The position numbers and the translations under genes are program-made. A stretch of 44,506 nucleotides of DNA from an uncultured bacterium. GTDB taxonomy: Bacteria; Caldisericota; Caldisericia; B22-G15. A model generated the notes under the pieces. It saw only the letters and a list, made by a program, of their open reading frames with translations, made no database searches and was not told the DNA's origin. Below are positions 9,956 to 18,296 of the stretch, one piece after another (the first letter of the stretch is position 1; each line of letters starts with the position of its first letter). The stretch is from NCBI GenBank assembly GCA_965612865.1, contig CBFDTJ010000001.1, positions 1 to 44,506 of the forward strand, in the 5' to 3' direction.

Positions 9956-12343
9956 TCAAACCTCTTTTTTCTTTACCGGGACCATAAAGAAGTCGTCCAC
10001 CTCTTTCTTACCGTGTAGAAGAGCAAGAGCAATCTTTTCTGCAGTGATTGGCATTGCTTTTACCCTTACTCCAACGGCATCTTCAACTGCATTGGCTATT
10101 GCTGGAGCAATTGGTATCATAACATGCTCTGCCATACCTCTTGCACCAAATGGTCCATCGTGCTGAGGAACCTCTACAAATATTGGTATAAATTCATCTG
10201 GTATGTCAAGAGCTGTTGGTATCTTGTAATCTGTGAAGTTTGGATTGAGAAGTTTCCCATTCTCATCAAATCTCATATCTTCATAGAGAGCTGTTGCAAT
10301 ACCCTGAACAGCACCACCTATAAGTTGCTGTTTTAAAATTTCAGGATTAAGAGCCTTTCCAACATCTATCGCCTCTGCAAGTTTAAGAATATGAACTCTT
10401 CCAGTCTCTTTATCAACTTCAAGGACAACTCCGCCTGCTCCTACTGTGTAATGAACATTTGGATGTCCACCCTGACTTGTCTCTGGATCCTGAAGTGCTG
10501 ATGCAAATTCAACCATGATTGATCCACTTGCAACAATTGCTTCACCTCTGTATGTTCCATCTTCCATCATAATTCCATTAATCACAAAATCTTTAAGCGG
10601 AAGTTCAAAGTCTGGGTCTGTTGTGCATTTAACTTTCTCATCCTCAAGATAAAGGTGATCCTTTTCGTAGTAGAAGGCTCTATGAACAACATCAAATATC
10701 TTTTCTCTTGCCTCAAGAGCAGCTCTCTTTACGGCATTTCCAAGGAGCCATGTAGAGTGAGAGGCAACAGTCTGCCAGTGGTATGGGTTTCTATCTGTAT
10801 CCGGAAGCTCCACTCTAATCTTTTCTGGTGGTATAGATAGAATTTCAGCTGCAATCTGGGCCATAACTGTGTACATTCCCTGTCCTATTTCCATTCCAGA
10901 AAGAAGTATATTGACACTCCCGTCTTCACTGAATTTCAAGAATGCACTGGTGGTCACATTTGGAGGCATTGCAGGTGCCTTCCATATAGCTGCTATTCCT
11001 TTTCCTATAGCTTTCTTCGGATCTTTACTTTCTTCCTTCTCTTCAAGTTTTATTGCATCTGCAACTTTATCTATACACTCAATAAGACCATTTTCATTCA
11101 TTGGAGCGCCATAGGCAAGCGGATCTCCTTTCTTTATTCCGTTTATTTTTCTAAATTCTCTTGGGCTCATTCCAAGGGCTTTTGCAATCCTTGTCATGTG
11201 GGATTCAACTGAGAACATCATTTCTGAGTATCCAAAACCTCTGTACGGACCTGCTGCTGGAAGATTTGTGTAAACACAAAGAGCATCTATCTTTACATTA
11301 GGAATATTGTATGGTCCTGTTGCAGATAAGGCAGATGCGTTAACAACATTTGCACCATACTCTACATATGGACCAGCATCCCAATAATTGGTAAGTTCAA
11401 AAGCTGTTATTCTTCCGTCCTTCTTTACACCAACCTTAAGTTTTGAGACAACCTGCTGCCTCATATAGGTGTTGTAGAATTCCTGATCTCTCCTCCACCT
11501 TACCTTCACAGGGTGTCCCTTTACAGCTGTTGCTAAAGCTGCAGCAATTATCTCCATGGTTACTCCAGCTTTTCCTCCAAATCCTCCACCAACATATGGA
11601 ACAATTTCTCTTATATTCTGTTCTGTAAAACCAAGTGGTCTGAGTGCTTCAGCAATTAGGTGTCTCTGTGTATGAGGAGACTGAGAGGAAGCCCAGATGG
11701 TAAGTCTTCCATTGTAGTCAACAAAACCTACTGCAATATGTGTTTCCATACAGCAGTGTGCATATCTTGGAACTCTGTATGTATCTTCAAGTATAAAATC
11801 TGCTTCAGCAAAACCTTTCTCAACATCACCTTTTCTTACCTTTCTCCAGTGTGCAATATTCGTCCCACCATGGGGGTAATACCACGGAACATGGGGATAG
11901 GAACCTAATTCCGGATGTAATATTGGTGCACCTTCTTTTACTGCTTCAAATGGATCAAAAACTGCTGGGAGAGGTTCGTACTCAACTTTTACAAGTTTTG
12001 CAGCCTTTTTTGCAGCTTTTGGATTTCTTGCAATCACTGCTGCAACCTGTTCTCCTACAAATCTTACCCTATCTTGAGCAAAGATGTATCTATCTTTCAT
12101 ATAAAGACCAAACTTGTAGGGGAAATCCTTTCCAGTCACTACCTTTACGACTCCCGGAACTTTTTCTGCCTCAGATGTATCAATAGAGACAATTTTTGCA
12201 TGGGCATATGGACTTTCAACTATCTCTGCATAGAGAAGGTTTGGACCAAAGTTTATATCATCAACATACTTTGCTGCTCCAGTTACCTTATCTTTTTCAT
12301 CTATTCTATTAATTGGTTTCCCAATGAATTTGTATTCACTCAT
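9956..12343 (-). CDS. Xanthine dehydrogenase-family molybdopterin-binding large subunit
   Basis: 795 aa. N-terminal FIGKPINRIDEKDKVTGAAKYVDDI, the VGGGFGGK motif and the typical aldehyde oxidase/XDH a/b hammerhead and Mo-binding layout. Confidence 0.9.
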   Translation of the reverse strand: MSEYKFIGKPINRIDEKDKVTGAAKYVDDINFGPNLLYAEIVESPYAHAKIVSIDTSEAEKVPGVVKVVTGKDFPYKFGLYMKDRYIFAQDRVRFVGEQVAAVIARNPKAAKKAAKLVKVEYEPLPAVFDPFEAVKEGAPILHPELGSYPHVPWYYPHGGTNIAHWRKVRKGDVEKGFAEADFILEDTYRVPRYAHCCMETHIAVGFVDYNGRLTIWASSQSPHTQRHLIAEALRPLGFTEQNIREIVPYVGGGFGGKAGVTMEIIAAALATAVKGHPVKVRWRRDQEFYNTYMRQQVVSKLKVGVKKDGRITAFELTNYWDAGPYVEYGANVVNASALSATGPYNIPNVKIDALCVYTNLPAAGPYRGFGYSEMMFSVESHMTRIAKALGMSPREFRKINGIKKGDPLAYGAPMNENGLIECIDKVADAIKLEEKEESKDPKKAIGKGIAAIWKAPAMPPNVTTSAFLKFSEDGSVNILLSGMEIGQGMYTVMAQIAAEILSIPPEKIRVELPDTDRNPYHWQTVASHSTWLLGNAVKRAALEAREKIFDVVHRAFYYEKDHLYLEDEKVKCTTDPDFELPLKDFVINGIMMEDGTYRGEAIVASGSIMVEFASALQDPETSQGGHPNVHYTVGAGGVVLEVDKETGRVHILKLAEAIDVGKALNPEILKQQLIGGAVQGIATALYEDMRFDENGKLLNPNFTDYKIPTALDIPDEFIPIFVEVPQHDGPFGARGMAEHVMIPIAPAIANAVEDAVGVRVKAMPITAEKIALALLHGKKEVDDFFMVPVKKKEV

Positions 12344-12354
12344 CTTGCTCCTCC

Positions 12355-12819
12355 TTAATATTTCTTTGAGGCATCAAGTATTGCCTCAATTATAGAAACA
12401 TACCCGGTGCAACGGCAAAGGTTTCCACTTATAGCTTCTTTTACCTCTTCTTCTGTTGGGTGAGGATTTTTCTGGAGTAGCTCTGTAGCACTCATTATCA
12501 TTCCAGGGGCACAGAATCCACACTGGAACGAACTATGCTCAATAAAGGATTCCTGAAGAGGAGTAAGTTTATCCTTTGAAAGACCTTCAAGGGTAGTTAT
12601 TTCATGACCATCCACCTCTATAGCAAGGATAAGACAGCTTCTAACGCTCTTTCCGTCAAGAAGAACTGTACATGTTCCACAGTCTCCTCTTCCGCAGCCA
12701 TACTTTGGAGCAGTAATTCCAAGTTTTGTTCTTAAAACTTCAAGAAGGATATCGTTAGGTTCAACCTCAATGGTTCTCTTTTCTCCATTTAAGGTGAAAG
12801 TTATGGTTTTCTTTTCCAT
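12355..12819 (-). CDS. (2Fe-2S)-binding small subunit of the Mo hydroxylase (CoxS-like)
   Basis: CGRGDCGTCTV and CGFCAPG..CRCTGY cluster motifs. I chose the ATG at 12819 (MEKKTITF..), which is preceded by GGAGGA. The supplied longer ORF overlaps the FAD subunit gene. Confidence 0.9.
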   Translation of the reverse strand: MEKKTITFTLNGEKRTIEVEPNDILLEVLRTKLGITAPKYGCGRGDCGTCTVLLDGKSVRSCLILAIEVDGHEITTLEGLSKDKLTPLQESFIEHSSFQCGFCAPGMIMSATELLQKNPHPTEEEVKEAISGNLCRCTGYVSIIEAILDASKKY

Positions 12820-12829
12820 TTTTATCCTC

Positions 12830-13720
12830 CTATATGAGCCTTGTCCCGTAATCGGGACCCTTTCCATTCAGTCTTCCAACTGCTGCTTTAAGTGCTCTAT
12901 CAAGCATTACCTTTGCCATGTGCATTCTATATTCTTTTGTTGCTCTTATATCTGTAATAGGTGAGATCTCCTCTTCTACAAGTTTTTTAGCCTCTTCAAT
13001 TAAGGAATCGGAAAGTTCTTTGCCATTGAGAAGAGATTCAATTTTCTTTGCTCTTGTTGGTTTTGGTCCCACAGCACAGAAGGCAACTCTGTACTCATTT
13101 CCAGATAACGCAAGAACACCTACTCCAACTTGTGCAAGATCTTCTCCATTGTATCTTCCAAGTTTCACATAGCATCCTGCATGCTTTTTCTGTGGAAGAG
13201 GTATCTCAATGTATTCTACAAGTTCTCCCTCTTTAAGTGCTGTCTTTCTCGGTCCAAGGAACCACTCTTCAATTGGAATTCTTCTTTCTCCATCCTTACC
13301 CTTTACCACAACAGTTGCTTCATACAGAAGAAGTGCAGGTCCAGAATCAAGGGATGGAACTGCTGAACATATGTTTCCAGCCATTGTTGCTCTGTTTCTT
13401 ATACCCATAGATGCAACTGTTTTTGCACTTTCCCATAGAAGAGGAAATTTCTCTTTTACAGTTTCATTATCAATAAGCTCGTTAAAGGTGACAAGGGAAC
13501 CAACTATCAACTTGTTATCTTTGAACTCCAGTGTTTTTAGCTCTTCAAGACCTTTAATATCAATTACTGCGTCCGGGGTTTCAAATCCATCCTTGATTCT
13601 TACAACAAGATCAGTTCCACCAGAAAGAACTCTCGCTTTAGCTCCATACTCGTTTAAAAGCTCAATGGCTTCATCAATTGATGAAGGTTTAAAATAGTTA
13701 AATTCATGAACTATAGCCAT
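12830..13720 (-). CDS. FAD-binding medium subunit of the Mo hydroxylase (CoxM-like)
   Basis: 296 aa. ..VLSGGTDLVVRIK.. FAD-binding PCMH-type pattern. GGAGG SD upstream. Confidence 0.88.
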   Translation of the reverse strand: MAIVHEFNYFKPSSIDEAIELLNEYGAKARVLSGGTDLVVRIKDGFETPDAVIDIKGLEELKTLEFKDNKLIVGSLVTFNELIDNETVKEKFPLLWESAKTVASMGIRNRATMAGNICSAVPSLDSGPALLLYEATVVVKGKDGERRIPIEEWFLGPRKTALKEGELVEYIEIPLPQKKHAGCYVKLGRYNGEDLAQVGVGVLALSGNEYRVAFCAVGPKPTRAKKIESLLNGKELSDSLIEEAKKLVEEEISPITDIRATKEYRMHMAKVMLDRALKAAVGRLNGKGPDYGTRLI

Positions 13721-13734
13721 ATCATACCTCCAGA

Positions 13735-14553
13735 TTATTCAGGTGGTTCAAGGGCAACAACCCTCATCATAGAGGATTCAAATTCTATTGCCCTCAATGG
13801 AAAAGCACCAATCCACACTCTTTTGTTTTTAACCTTATCAATATCTCCACCAAGATTTTCAGCATGAACGAGACCTTTAGGGAATAATTTAAGGTGCATC
13901 ACCTGATAATATTCCTCAGGAGGGAACATTTCATCCCAGCTCTTTCCATATTTTTCCTTAAGCTTCTTTTCTGCCTCCTGAAATGCCTTTGGATGCCATT
14001 GTCTGATTATTGTATTCATTGGATGGTCAGCGCTTCCGCAATCTACGCCAATCCACTTAAACTTCATTTCCAGTGCCCATTTGTGAAATTCAGGATCAGG
14101 TCCTGGGTGCTTTACAAAGTATCTCACTTCATCAGATTCTGGCTGGTCCCATGCATACCTGTGATAGCCTGTGTTGATAATCAGAATATCACCCTTTCTA
14201 ATATCTGCCTTTTTCATGAGCATTTCTGGGGAATAGAGATCGTAATCGCCAACTTCATCGGAGATATCTACAACAACACCAGGTCCGATCCATTCTTCTA
14301 TTGGAACTTCACCTATGGATCTCCCGCTTGCATGAAAATGAATTTCTCCATCCATATGGGTTCCCACATGATGACTTGTTGTTATTACCTGACCGTTAGC
14401 TCCCTGCCCCATGTGTGCTCCAGCAATCCTCTTAAAATACTGAACACTTAAGGGAATATAACTTGGCCATGGAGGAGTGTGTACACTCAAAGGCTGTGTC
14501 AGGTCGTAGACCTTAACTTTACCCATAAACTCTAAAAATTCATCGATGTTCAT
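13735..14553 (-). CDS. Cyclase-family metal hydrolase (kynurenine formamidase / isatin hydrolase superfamily)
   Basis: HHVGTHMDGEIH matches the HxGTHxDxPxH family signature. AAGGAGG SD upstream. Confidence 0.75.
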   Translation of the reverse strand: MNIDEFLEFMGKVKVYDLTQPLSVHTPPWPSYIPLSVQYFKRIAGAHMGQGANGQVITTSHHVGTHMDGEIHFHASGRSIGEVPIEEWIGPGVVVDISDEVGDYDLYSPEMLMKKADIRKGDILIINTGYHRYAWDQPESDEVRYFVKHPGPDPEFHKWALEMKFKWIGVDCGSADHPMNTIIRQWHPKAFQEAEKKLKEKYGKSWDEMFPPEEYYQVMHLKLFPKGLVHAENLGGDIDKVKNKRVWIGAFPLRAIEFESSMMRVVALEPPE

Positions 14554-14564
14554 CTTAACCTCCT

Positions 14565-14738
14565 TTACTTACCCAATAGTTTCTTTAGAGCTTCCATTAC
14601 TTCTTCATCTCCACCTGCAGGTGGTCTCCAATCCACCTGAATAACCTTAACTCCTGCGTCTTCAAGGCTTTCCTTGAAAGAGAGAAGGCCAATATTTATA
14701 ACTTTAAGTTCTTTACCAAAGAGATCTTTTATAGCCAT
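14565..14738 (-). CDS. Unannotated 57-aa ORF translationally coupled to fdrA
   Basis: My own translation: MAIKDLFGKELKVINIGLLSFKESLEDAGVKVIQVDWRPPAGGDEEVMEALKKLLGK. Its ATG overlaps the fdrA stop (TAATG). Its stop is followed by AAGGAGG and the ATG of the cyclase gene. It fills an otherwise unexplained 184-nt gap and falls below the 60-aa cutoff of the supplied track. Confidence 0.65.
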   Translation of the reverse strand: MAIKDLFGKELKVINIGLLSFKESLEDAGVKVIQVDWRPPAGGDEEVMEALKKLLGK

Positions 14739-16315
14739 TACTTGTCACCTCCCAGCTTCTTTACAATATATGCAGATAGTTTACTTGCTGCAGCATTTGA
14801 TGGCATAACTATTGCTCCAGCTTCTTTAAGTTCCTTTTCCACTTTCTCTTTGTTCTGTGGGTCTTTCTTTGTTCCTGTTATGGAGCATATAATAGATAGA
14901 TCTCTCCCTTCTTTCTTTGCTATCTCCTTTGCTTCCTTTATCACCGGTGCAAGTTCCTCTCCTGGTTTCATGTTTGATCCATACCCAAGTACTACATCAA
15001 GTAGAATTATGGCTACTTCTGGATCCTTTGCTTCTTCAAGGATCTTTTTGTTTCTTAAGGTATAGTCAATCATTGGATGTGGTCTTCCAACTGTAAATTC
15101 ATCCTCTCCTAAATCAATAACAGTATTCTTGTAACTCTTCCATGAGTCTTTAAGCTTGAATTCATCCTTTAAAGGAGCATTACCATAGACATAACCAATC
15201 ATATCCTTGAATAGAAGCTGAGCCTCATCACAAAGGGTTCCTCCTGTGTACAAACCTCTGACATACTTCTGGCCGTCCTTCTTCTTTGAAGCTTCCTCAT
15301 CAGCAAGTTTCTTAATTTCCTCTTCTCTTTCTTCAAGAAGCTTCTTAAATTCATCCATGCTTTTCCCTTTAGAGAGAGAAGCTGCGATGAGTCCTGCCTC
15401 CTCAAGGGTGCTGGCCGGGATAGCTCCAGCATTTTTGACCACTTCTGGATCTCCACCAATAAATATTCCAACAACAGGTTTTTTAATCTCGTCTTTTATA
15501 AGCTCTGCAATTTTCTTCAGCACATCTTCGTGTGGGGGTTTTGAAACAAGAGCAATGATTTTTGTGTTTTCGTCTTCGTTGAGAGCTTTCATTCCCTCAA
15601 GAAACATTATCCCACCAACATCCTTTTTGACATCTCTTCCACCTGTACCTATAGCCTGAGATATTCCTGCTCCCTCATTTGTAATTACACAACTTACCTC
15701 CTGAAGTCCTGTTCCCGATGCTGCTACAATTCCTATATCTCCACGATTTACAACATTTGAAAAGGCAAGTGGGGCTCCATTTATTATTGCAGTACCACAG
15801 TCTGGTCCCATTACAAGAAGGCCTTTATCCCTTGCGTACTTTTTGAGCTCAATTTCTTTTTCAAGGGGAACATTATCCGAGAAGAGCATAACATGAAGAC
15901 CTTTTTCAAGTGCTTTCATTGCCTCATCACCAGCATATTTTCCTGCCACGGAGATAAGCACAAGATTCGCATCTGGCATGATTTCGATAGCACCTTCAAG
16001 GCTTTTAGGAAGGTAGTCTCCCGCCTCTTCAAATTTTGTTCTGCTTTCCTGAAGGTCTTTTTCTGCCTTTTCAAGAGCTTCCTCTGCGAGTTTATCATCC
16101 TTTGCCTTTACTGCAATAATGAGATCGGAATCCTTTGCCTCCTTAAATTCATCAAGAAGCATTCCCGAAGCTTCAAGAATTGATTTATTCTCCTCTGTAC
16201 CCATTACAATAGCAGCATCATCAATTCCATCAATTTCAGTTAAAGCTTTGGCGACAAGCATCAGAGTTACAGAATCAAAGTACTGACCTTTTTTAATAAC
16301 ACCTTTTACAACCAT
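14738..16315 (-). CDS. fdrA: FdrA/AllF-family protein (succinyl-CoA synthetase alpha-like, CoA-ligase fold)
   Basis: N-terminus MVVKGVIKKGQYFDSVTLMLVAKAL matches E. coli FdrA MIHAFIKKGCFQDSVSLM... 525 aa. CoA-binding and ligase-CoA domains are present. Confidence 0.85.
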   Translation of the reverse strand: MVVKGVIKKGQYFDSVTLMLVAKALTEIDGIDDAAIVMGTEENKSILEASGMLLDEFKEAKDSDLIIAVKAKDDKLAEEALEKAEKDLQESRTKFEEAGDYLPKSLEGAIEIMPDANLVLISVAGKYAGDEAMKALEKGLHVMLFSDNVPLEKEIELKKYARDKGLLVMGPDCGTAIINGAPLAFSNVVNRGDIGIVAASGTGLQEVSCVITNEGAGISQAIGTGGRDVKKDVGGIMFLEGMKALNEDENTKIIALVSKPPHEDVLKKIAELIKDEIKKPVVGIFIGGDPEVVKNAGAIPASTLEEAGLIAASLSKGKSMDEFKKLLEEREEEIKKLADEEASKKKDGQKYVRGLYTGGTLCDEAQLLFKDMIGYVYGNAPLKDEFKLKDSWKSYKNTVIDLGEDEFTVGRPHPMIDYTLRNKKILEEAKDPEVAIILLDVVLGYGSNMKPGEELAPVIKEAKEIAKKEGRDLSIICSITGTKKDPQNKEKVEKELKEAGAIVMPSNAAASKLSAYIVKKLGGDK

Positions 16316-17190
16316 ACTTCTCCTCCTTTCTTCAAAGTCATAAATAGTCCTGTCCCAATGTCACTCCCCGAAGTATCTCCTACCCCCATTAGCTTAAAGA
16401 AGTGTTTTTCCACATCTCTCTTTCCCTTATAGATAATGGAGGTGATCAGGTTTTTCACTCTCTCAAAAAACTCTCCTCTGCTTGAAAAGTATAAAAATGA
16501 TGATGAGATTAGATTGTGAGTTTTAGATAATTTATATATTTTATCCCTAATGGTGGTTAGATTATAATTAAACAAATTTTCAAGGATATAGAGTCCTGAA
16601 AGAACTCCAGATATAAAGTCATCTCCACTGGGTGTGAGACCGTAACCAACTCCCTTTAACAAACTAATCCCGGTTTCTATGTTTCCACTTAACAACTTTC
16701 CTGCACCTGCCTTTATTCTATTTACAAAAGCCCTTTCAAATTCAGTCTCAAAATATTCTTCCCTTCTTTCATCCAGAAGGAAAGATAAACTCCGTTCTGG
16801 TGAATGAAAGATGAGTAGATCCCTTAGAGTGTGAAGATTATTTATGTATCTATTTCTGGAGAACTCTAAAGAAAAATCAATTTTCGATGTATAGATTAGA
16901 TTTTTGTTTATTTTAAAACGATTTTTGTTCACTGCTATAAACCCATCTCCAATGTATAGAGCCTTTACATAATCTATCGGGAAACCTTTTATAACTATGT
17001 TTATAGGTCCTCTTCCTACTTCCTCTGTAACTATTGATGTGAGATAACTATCTTTTACAAAATTTACCACTCTTCTAAATCTTGAGTGGAGCTTATAGTT
17101 TCCTATACGGAGTCTATCTCCTGTACTCAATAACTCTAATTCATAGATATTAGTTTCTAAATTCTCTTTTAATACAGTTTTTCCTTTCAC
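16306..17190 (-). CDS. DUF2877 (YlbF/AllH-like) protein
   Basis: GVGYGLTPSGDDFISGVLSGL and a C-terminal GVGDTSGSDIGTGL are the hallmark motifs as I recall them. GTG start. It overlaps the fdrA start by 10 nt. Confidence 0.75.
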   Translation of the reverse strand: MKGKTVLKENLETNIYELELLSTGDRLRIGNYKLHSRFRRVVNFVKDSYLTSIVTEEVGRGPINIVIKGFPIDYVKALYIGDGFIAVNKNRFKINKNLIYTSKIDFSLEFSRNRYINNLHTLRDLLIFHSPERSLSFLLDERREEYFETEFERAFVNRIKAGAGKLLSGNIETGISLLKGVGYGLTPSGDDFISGVLSGLYILENLFNYNLTTIRDKIYKLSKTHNLISSSFLYFSSRGEFFERVKNLITSIIYKGKRDVEKHFFKLMGVGDTSGSDIGTGLFMTLKKGGEVWL

Positions 17191-17195
17191 TTAGA

Positions 17196-17645
17196 TTACC
17201 TTAAGTGCATAATTCCAAGTGCAGCCTTTTCATGGTTTGTGATTGGATAAAAGGCTGAATCTCCAAATATTCCAACACAAAGCCACTTTCCATCAGAGAC
17301 TATTCCCACTTTAAGGGAAAGGGAGGAATCTAAAGACTCATTTAATATAAGGGAATTCAATGCTTCAAGGGAGGCATGAACAAGGGCATGGACTTCTGCA
17401 GTTGTTTTGTTAATAACGTTACAATTTAAGGCAGCACCAAGAACCGCCGGAATTAGTTTTTTTCTGATATCGGAGGCAAATCCTGCCACTCGTGTAACGC
17501 CTATTTTGTACTTTTTGAGTTCGGATAGTTTCTTTTTTAACTCTATCTCCTCATCATCAGAGGACATTGCAAGTAGAAGTGCTGCTTTACCCACCCTATC
17601 CACATCCATTCTAAATTCTGTTGCAACAACACCTTTTTTTTCCAT
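17196..17645 (-). CDS. hutP: HutP-family RNA-binding regulatory protein
   Basis: 149 aa. It aligns by eye with B. subtilis HutP: AEVHALVHASLEAL vs ESHALYHATMEAL (HxxxH metal ligands), GKWLCVGIFGDS vs GDWIAVSLYGT, and C-terminal ALGIMHL vs FGVGINHI (third His). SD GGAGAGG upstream. Confidence 0.8.
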   Translation of the reverse strand: MEKKGVVATEFRMDVDRVGKAALLLAMSSDDEEIELKKKLSELKKYKIGVTRVAGFASDIRKKLIPAVLGAALNCNVINKTTAEVHALVHASLEALNSLILNESLDSSLSLKVGIVSDGKWLCVGIFGDSAFYPITNHEKAALGIMHLR

Positions 17646-17677
17646 ATCCTCTCCTGTTCTCTAAAATCTACATTTAA

Positions 17678-17706
17678 ATTATTAACTATCTACTTAAAGT
17701 TGTCAA
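17678..17706 (-). promoter_or_regulatory. Sigma70-type promoter of the hutP-led operon
   Basis: On the minus strand: TTGACA (17706-17701), 17 nt spacer, AATAAT (or TAATAA with a 16-nt spacer) at about 17678-17684. Confidence 0.5.
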
Positions 17707-17762
17707 GTAAAATTGACGCCCGATCACTTTATATAAAAGAGATTTTTTGGTATATTTTTAAT

Positions 17763-18293
17763 ATGAAATTAAAGGGTGAATTAGGGATAATAGAAGTATC
17801 CTCATTAATACAGACTATAAATCAATTGAGGAAGACTGGAAAACTTGAGATTCTTCTTCCAGATGGAGATAAGGGGGAGATTTTTTTTGATAACGGGGAG
17901 ATAATACACGCACATTCACCTGATAATTTCGGGCTTGAAGCCCTTGCAGAAATCTTATTATTTAAAGAGGGAGAATTTAATTTTAAAGAAAATATAATTC
18001 TTCCAGCACCTTCCATTAAAATGGGAACAGAAAGAGCAATAATAGAAGCCATAAGTATGGTAGATGAGGTTCAGGGTGGAGATGATATTTTTTCAAAGGT
18101 GCCGGAAGTGACTTTTGGCAGTGATGATTCTAAGATATCTCTTGATGCTGATGAGTTAGCTATATTAATGAAAAGTAACGGTAAAAGGACTTTATCTGAA
18201 GTATTATCTGAGATTGGAATGGATAGAGTTAAATTTTTAAAGATAATTGACCAACTATTAAAAAAGGGTATAATAACCTTAAGAAAGGAGTAA
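17763..18293 (+). CDS. DUF4388 (PATAN-like) domain protein
   Basis: GELGIIEVSSLIQTINQLRKTGKLEI..IFFDNGEIIHA..GLEALAEILLFKEGEFNF is the classic DUF4388 pattern. I use the ATG at 17763. The supplied TTG at 17700 lies inside the divergent promoter. Confidence 0.75.
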   Translation: MKLKGELGIIEVSSLIQTINQLRKTGKLEILLPDGDKGEIFFDNGEIIHAHSPDNFGLEALAEILLFKEGEFNFKENIILPAPSIKMGTERAIIEAISMVDEVQGGDDIFSKVPEVTFGSDDSKISLDADELAILMKSNGKRTLSEVLSEIGMDRVKFLKIIDQLLKKGIITLRKE

Positions 18294-18296
18294 GAA

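Noticed and set aside
13209-13697. A 162-aa plus-strand ORF (with many similar ones at 1063-1432, 2783-3297, 11851-12186, 14742-15659 and elsewhere) opposite the annotated minus-strand genes
   Set aside because: All lie antisense to genes with strong family motifs. Their products are Ser/Phe/Leu/Pro-rich, lack SDs and show no recognisable motifs. I treat them as shadow ORFs.
9956-13720. The possibility that the Mo hydroxylase or its neighbours contain an in-frame UGA selenocysteine
   Set aside because: All three subunit ORFs are uninterrupted and of normal length. Any link to selenium would be through a labile cofactor ligand, not through Sec, and that cannot be judged from this window.
14611-14624. 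A perfect 14-bp palindrome, CCACCTGCAGGTGG, inside the 57-aa ORF
   Set aside because: It encodes PPAGG (CCA CCT GCA GGT GG), and Pro and Gly codons are mutually complementary. It is therefore most simply a by-product of the peptide motif rather than a protein-binding site. I noted it in case the motif turns out to be non-coding.
17700-17762. A TTG-initiated N-terminal extension of the DUF4388 gene. The same issue applies to 41596-41658 (ferredoxin fusion), 12820-12867 (2Fe-2S subunit), 5027-5047 (nfnA) and 37424-37435 (aldolase).
   Set aside because: The extensions run through promoter or SD sequences or through the preceding gene. In each case the internal ATG has a better-placed SD, or a -10 box, and matches the family N-terminus.
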